Shown here one piece after another: positions 36,321 through 38,957 of a DNA stretch of 38,957 nt. The notes beneath the pieces are model-generated. The model searched no databases and had not been told where the DNA came from. It saw only the letters and a program-made list of their open reading frames with translations. The stretch's first letter is position 1. The number at the start of each line of letters is the position of its first letter. A program made the translations under genes and the position numbers. The DNA is from an uncultured Rhizobiaceae bacterium (GTDB taxonomy: Bacteria; Pseudomonadota; Alphaproteobacteria; UBA828), in NCBI GenBank assembly GCA_964413115.1, contig CAYPSQ010000006.1, positions 28,506-67,462 of the forward strand. The letters run 5' to 3'.

Positions 36321-37157
36321 CTATAGCATAAGCGCTTTGCCATGGCGCAAAACCGAATTTGCAGCCTTGGTGTGGTTGCCGTTCGCTTTGTGCAGGATCA
36401 GCCCGGAGGAAAGCCGAAGCGGCCCTTTAGCGCCGGCGGTACCCTGAACGATCACCCGTTTGGCCACTACCGGTGGCTCAGTGCCAGTGCTATCTGTGGC
36501 GTTGTTTGCCGGGTCCTTTGGGTCCCGTGTGGTGCTGTCTCTGCCATCCTCCGTGGCAAATGGATCGTGTGGCCACAGCGGAAAGATCACTAGATCGCCG
36601 GTCCTGTCACCGAGCAGGGCCAGTAACTCGGCCAAGCGATCGGTGCGGTGGGTCATGGTGATGGAGCCGCCGGGACGCACCATGCTCAGGCAGTATTCCA
36701 CCCAGGCGCCGAGCCCGCCGGTGCCTTCGATATTAGCGGTGGCTTTCTCATCCTTGCCCGATGCGCGCACCCGCCCCGCCTCAAAATAGGGTGGATTTGC
36801 CATCACATGATCGAAACTGCGCGGCACCAAGCGGGGCGGCGAGCGCTGCAAATCGCCGATCATCACCTCGAGGCGCTCGGCAAGGCCATTATCGGCAATA
36901 TTTTCAGCTGCCAGATGAACAAGGTCGCTTTGTACCTCGACGCCAAAAATCTTGATGCCCGACACGCGCCAGGCGAGGCATAGCATCGCCGCACCACCGC
37001 CGGCGCCGACATCGAGCACCGCTTCGCCGGCCGCTGCCGGGACGCTCGCGGATAGCAGCACCGGGTCCATCGCTACGCGGTATCCGGCGGCGTGTTGGCG
37101 CAGCGTCACCTGGCCGCCCAATAGCGTGTCGCGGGTGATTGCCTCAGGCTGCGCCAT
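36321..37157 (-). CDS. tRNA1(Val) A37 N6-methyltransferase family (TrmN6/YfiC-like)
   Basis: GYRVAMDPVLL, VLDVGAGGG and FDHVMANPPY; start at ATG 37157; polar insertion near the C-terminus. Confidence 0.88.
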   Translation of the reverse strand: MAQPEAITRDTLLGGQVTLRQHAAGYRVAMDPVLLSASVPAAAGEAVLDVGAGGGAAMLCLAWRVSGIKIFGVEVQSDLVHLAAENIADNGLAERLEVMIGDLQRSPPRLVPRSFDHVMANPPYFEAGRVRASGKDEKATANIEGTGGLGAWVEYCLSMVRPGGSITMTHRTDRLAELLALLGDRTGDLVIFPLWPHDPFATEDGRDSTTRDPKDPANNATDSTGTEPPVVAKRVIVQGTAGAKGPLRLSSGLILHKANGNHTKAANSVLRHGKALML

Positions 37158-37362
37158 CGAGTTCTCCGGCTTCGTGCAGGATGTGGCGAGCGCTCTCGGC
37201 ATCTTCGTCAAGCACCATCAAACGGCGCGGAATGGCTGAGGCACTTCCCTCTAAGACGCTCATATGCTGGTCCAGAACAAAGCATTCGATGCCGCCATCA
37301 CGCAAGAGGGCCTCCAAAAAAGACAATTTAACCGGGTCGTTCAATCTTAACAGTTCTAACAT
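37144..37362 (-). CDS. DUF2007 domain protein
   Basis: MLELLRLNDPVKLSFLEALLRDGGIE…DQHMSVLEGS…IPRRLMV; lies between ispB and the methyltransferase. Confidence 0.85.
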   Translation of the reverse strand: MLELLRLNDPVKLSFLEALLRDGGIECFVLDQHMSVLEGSASAIPRRLMVLDEDAESARHILHEAGELDGAA

Positions 37363-37562
37363 CGAATATCCGCCACTCTTCCAATATCTTCGCTGCACCC
37401 GAGAACAATACCGGCGCGGGGACCAGAAAATGGGTGCAATGCCACGCCCAGGCAGTGTTAATGTGGTGCTTCGGCAAGGGCGCAAACATGCTTGCCGTTT
37501 GCACACCTCGCGTCAAGACGCGGTCTATGTTGGCAGGCTGGCGCAATCAAAAAGAGGGAACC

Positions 37563-38591
37563 TTGGGAAAGATCATTCAATTCGATAAAGAGGCGCCGGC
37601 GACGCAGGGAGAAGATGCGACGCTGGATCGCTTGCAGGCTCTCGTGGCGGAGGATCTGCGCCAGGTAAATCGTGTCATCCTCGAACATATGCAGAGCAAT
37701 GTGGCGCTTATCCCGACGCTAGCCGGCCATATCATCGCCTCGGGTGGCAAGCGCTTGCGTCCGATTCTAACCTTGGCTGTGGCGCGGATGTGTGGCTATT
37801 CGGGCACCCGCCATGTCAGTTTGGCGGCCTGTATTGAGTTTATACATACCGCGACCCTGTTGCATGACGATGTCGTCGATGAGAGCGATCTCCGGCGTGG
37901 CGCGGCAACCGCAAATGCGGTCTGGGGCAACAAGCCGAGCGTCTTGGTTGGCGACTTTCTATTCTCCCGCGCATTTCAATTATCGGTTGCAGATGGCTCA
38001 CTCAAAGTTTTAGCTATTTTAGCAAATACCTCGGCCGTCCTAGCTGAGGGCGAAGTAATGCAGCTCCTTACCTCGAACGATACCGAAACCAGCGAAGCTG
38101 CCTATCTCGAAGTGATTACCGCTAAGACCGCGACGCTCTTTGCTGCCGCCTGCCAATTGGGCGGCATCGTTGCCGAGCGACCGGCAAGTGAGGAAGAGGG
38201 GCTGAAAAATTACGGCCTTAATCTCGGCATCGCCTATCAACTCGTTGATGACGCCCTCGATTATGCGGCGCGTGAAACAACCCTCGGCAAAACTATCGGC
38301 GACGATTTCCGAGAAGGCAAGATCACCCTTCCTGTGGTGCTGTCGTTCCGCCGTGGCGGTGAGGAGGAGCGCCAGTTCTGGCGCCGCACCATGGAAGATG
38401 GCGAGCAGACCGACGATGATCTTGAGCACGCCGTGATATTGATGGAGAGTCACGGCGCGATCCGAGACACCTTCGAGCGAGCTCGCCACTATGGCGACGT
38501 AGCACGCGATTCGCTCGCAATTTTTCCGGATTGCGCGGAAAAAATGGGCTTGCTCGCGGTCATCGATTTCTGTATCCGACGGTCGTATTAG
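37563..38591 (+). CDS. ispB: Long-chain polyprenyl-diphosphate synthase
   Basis: GGKRLRP, HTATLLHDDVVD, LVGDFL, QLVDDALD and GDDFREGK; TTG at 37563 after GAGGG. Confidence 0.92.
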   Translation: MGKIIQFDKEAPATQGEDATLDRLQALVAEDLRQVNRVILEHMQSNVALIPTLAGHIIASGGKRLRPILTLAVARMCGYSGTRHVSLAACIEFIHTATLLHDDVVDESDLRRGAATANAVWGNKPSVLVGDFLFSRAFQLSVADGSLKVLAILANTSAVLAEGEVMQLLTSNDTETSEAAYLEVITAKTATLFAAACQLGGIVAERPASEEEGLKNYGLNLGIAYQLVDDALDYAARETTLGKTIGDDFREGKITLPVVLSFRRGGEEERQFWRRTMEDGEQTDDDLEHAVILMESHGAIRDTFERARHYGDVARDSLAIFPDCAEKMGLLAVIDFCIRRSY

Positions 38592-38598
38592 GCGGGGA

Positions 38599-38957
38599 AT
38601 GGCGATGGCGAACGATGCAATAGTAGTCACCGGCGCAGCCGGGTTGATTGGTTTCACACTAGCGGCGCGTCTCCACGCCGACGGTCGGGCGGTGATTGGC
38701 ATGGACCGTATCGCACCGATGGAGGACTTTGAGTTTCCCTTCATCGCCGCCGATTTGGCTGATGTCCATAAGCTCTATGAAGCGATCGACCGGGGTGCGG
38801 CGGGCATCATCCATTGCGGCGCCGTCTCTGGACCGATGCTGCTGACCGACAATCCGCGCGCCATAGTCGAATCCAATTTAATGGGCAGCGCTAATGTGTT
38901 CGAGGCAGCTCTTCAGCGATCTTTGCGCCGCGTGGTTTATTGCTCTTCAACCTCGGC
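38599..38957 (+). CDS. NAD-dependent epimerase/dehydratase family protein (runs off the window end)
   Basis: MAMANDAIVVTGAAGLIG…GIIHCGAVSG…N.MGSANVFEAA…RRVVYCSSTS. Confidence 0.85.
   Translation, partial: MAMANDAIVVTGAAGLIGFTLAARLHADGRAVIGMDRIAPMEDFEFPFIAADLADVHKLYEAIDRGAAGIIHCGAVSGPMLLTDNPRAIVESNLMGSANVFEAALQRSLRRVVYCSSTS

Noticed and set aside
217-38744. Many 60-230 aa ORFs antisense to or nested in called genes (e.g. 4587-5093, 17391-18017, 27946-28575, 30180-30794, 38040-38744)
   Set aside because: These are shadow ORFs expected in GC-rich coding DNA and show no family motifs.

Overview
GC-rich bacterial window whose housekeeping genes and gene order look alphaproteobacterial (inferred). 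Conserved-looking blocks sit at both ends: map, sfsA and a CinA-like gene on the left; S49 peptidase, tRNA m6A37 methyltransferase, DUF2007, ispB and a partial epimerase on the right. The clearest non-coding discovery is a tRNA-Leu(UAA) gene (3692-4018) split inside its anticodon by a 241-nt group I intron (3726-3966). It is preceded by a tract of about 88% A+T. The roughly 31 kb after the tRNA is an enzyme-dense accessory catabolic region. It holds two hydantoinase/oxoprolinase A+B systems (one with an acetone-carboxylase-gamma-like Zn subunit and a cysteine hydrolase) and a tandem-duplicated pair of split urea-carboxylase-like carboxyltransferase (PxpB/PxpC-like) genes with no PxpA, biotin carboxylase or biotin carrier nearby. 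It also holds a stand-alone fused E1 alpha/beta ThDP enzyme, 2 luciferase-like monooxygenases, 3 mandelate-racemase-family enzymes, 5 SDRs, a MOSC protein and an enoyl-CoA hydratase. I recognised no transporter, and the only DNA-binding regulator (GntR) carries two nonsense codons. Several eroded gene remnants missed or only partly captured by the ORF track fill the spacers. All product calls come from recalled motifs, not database searches.
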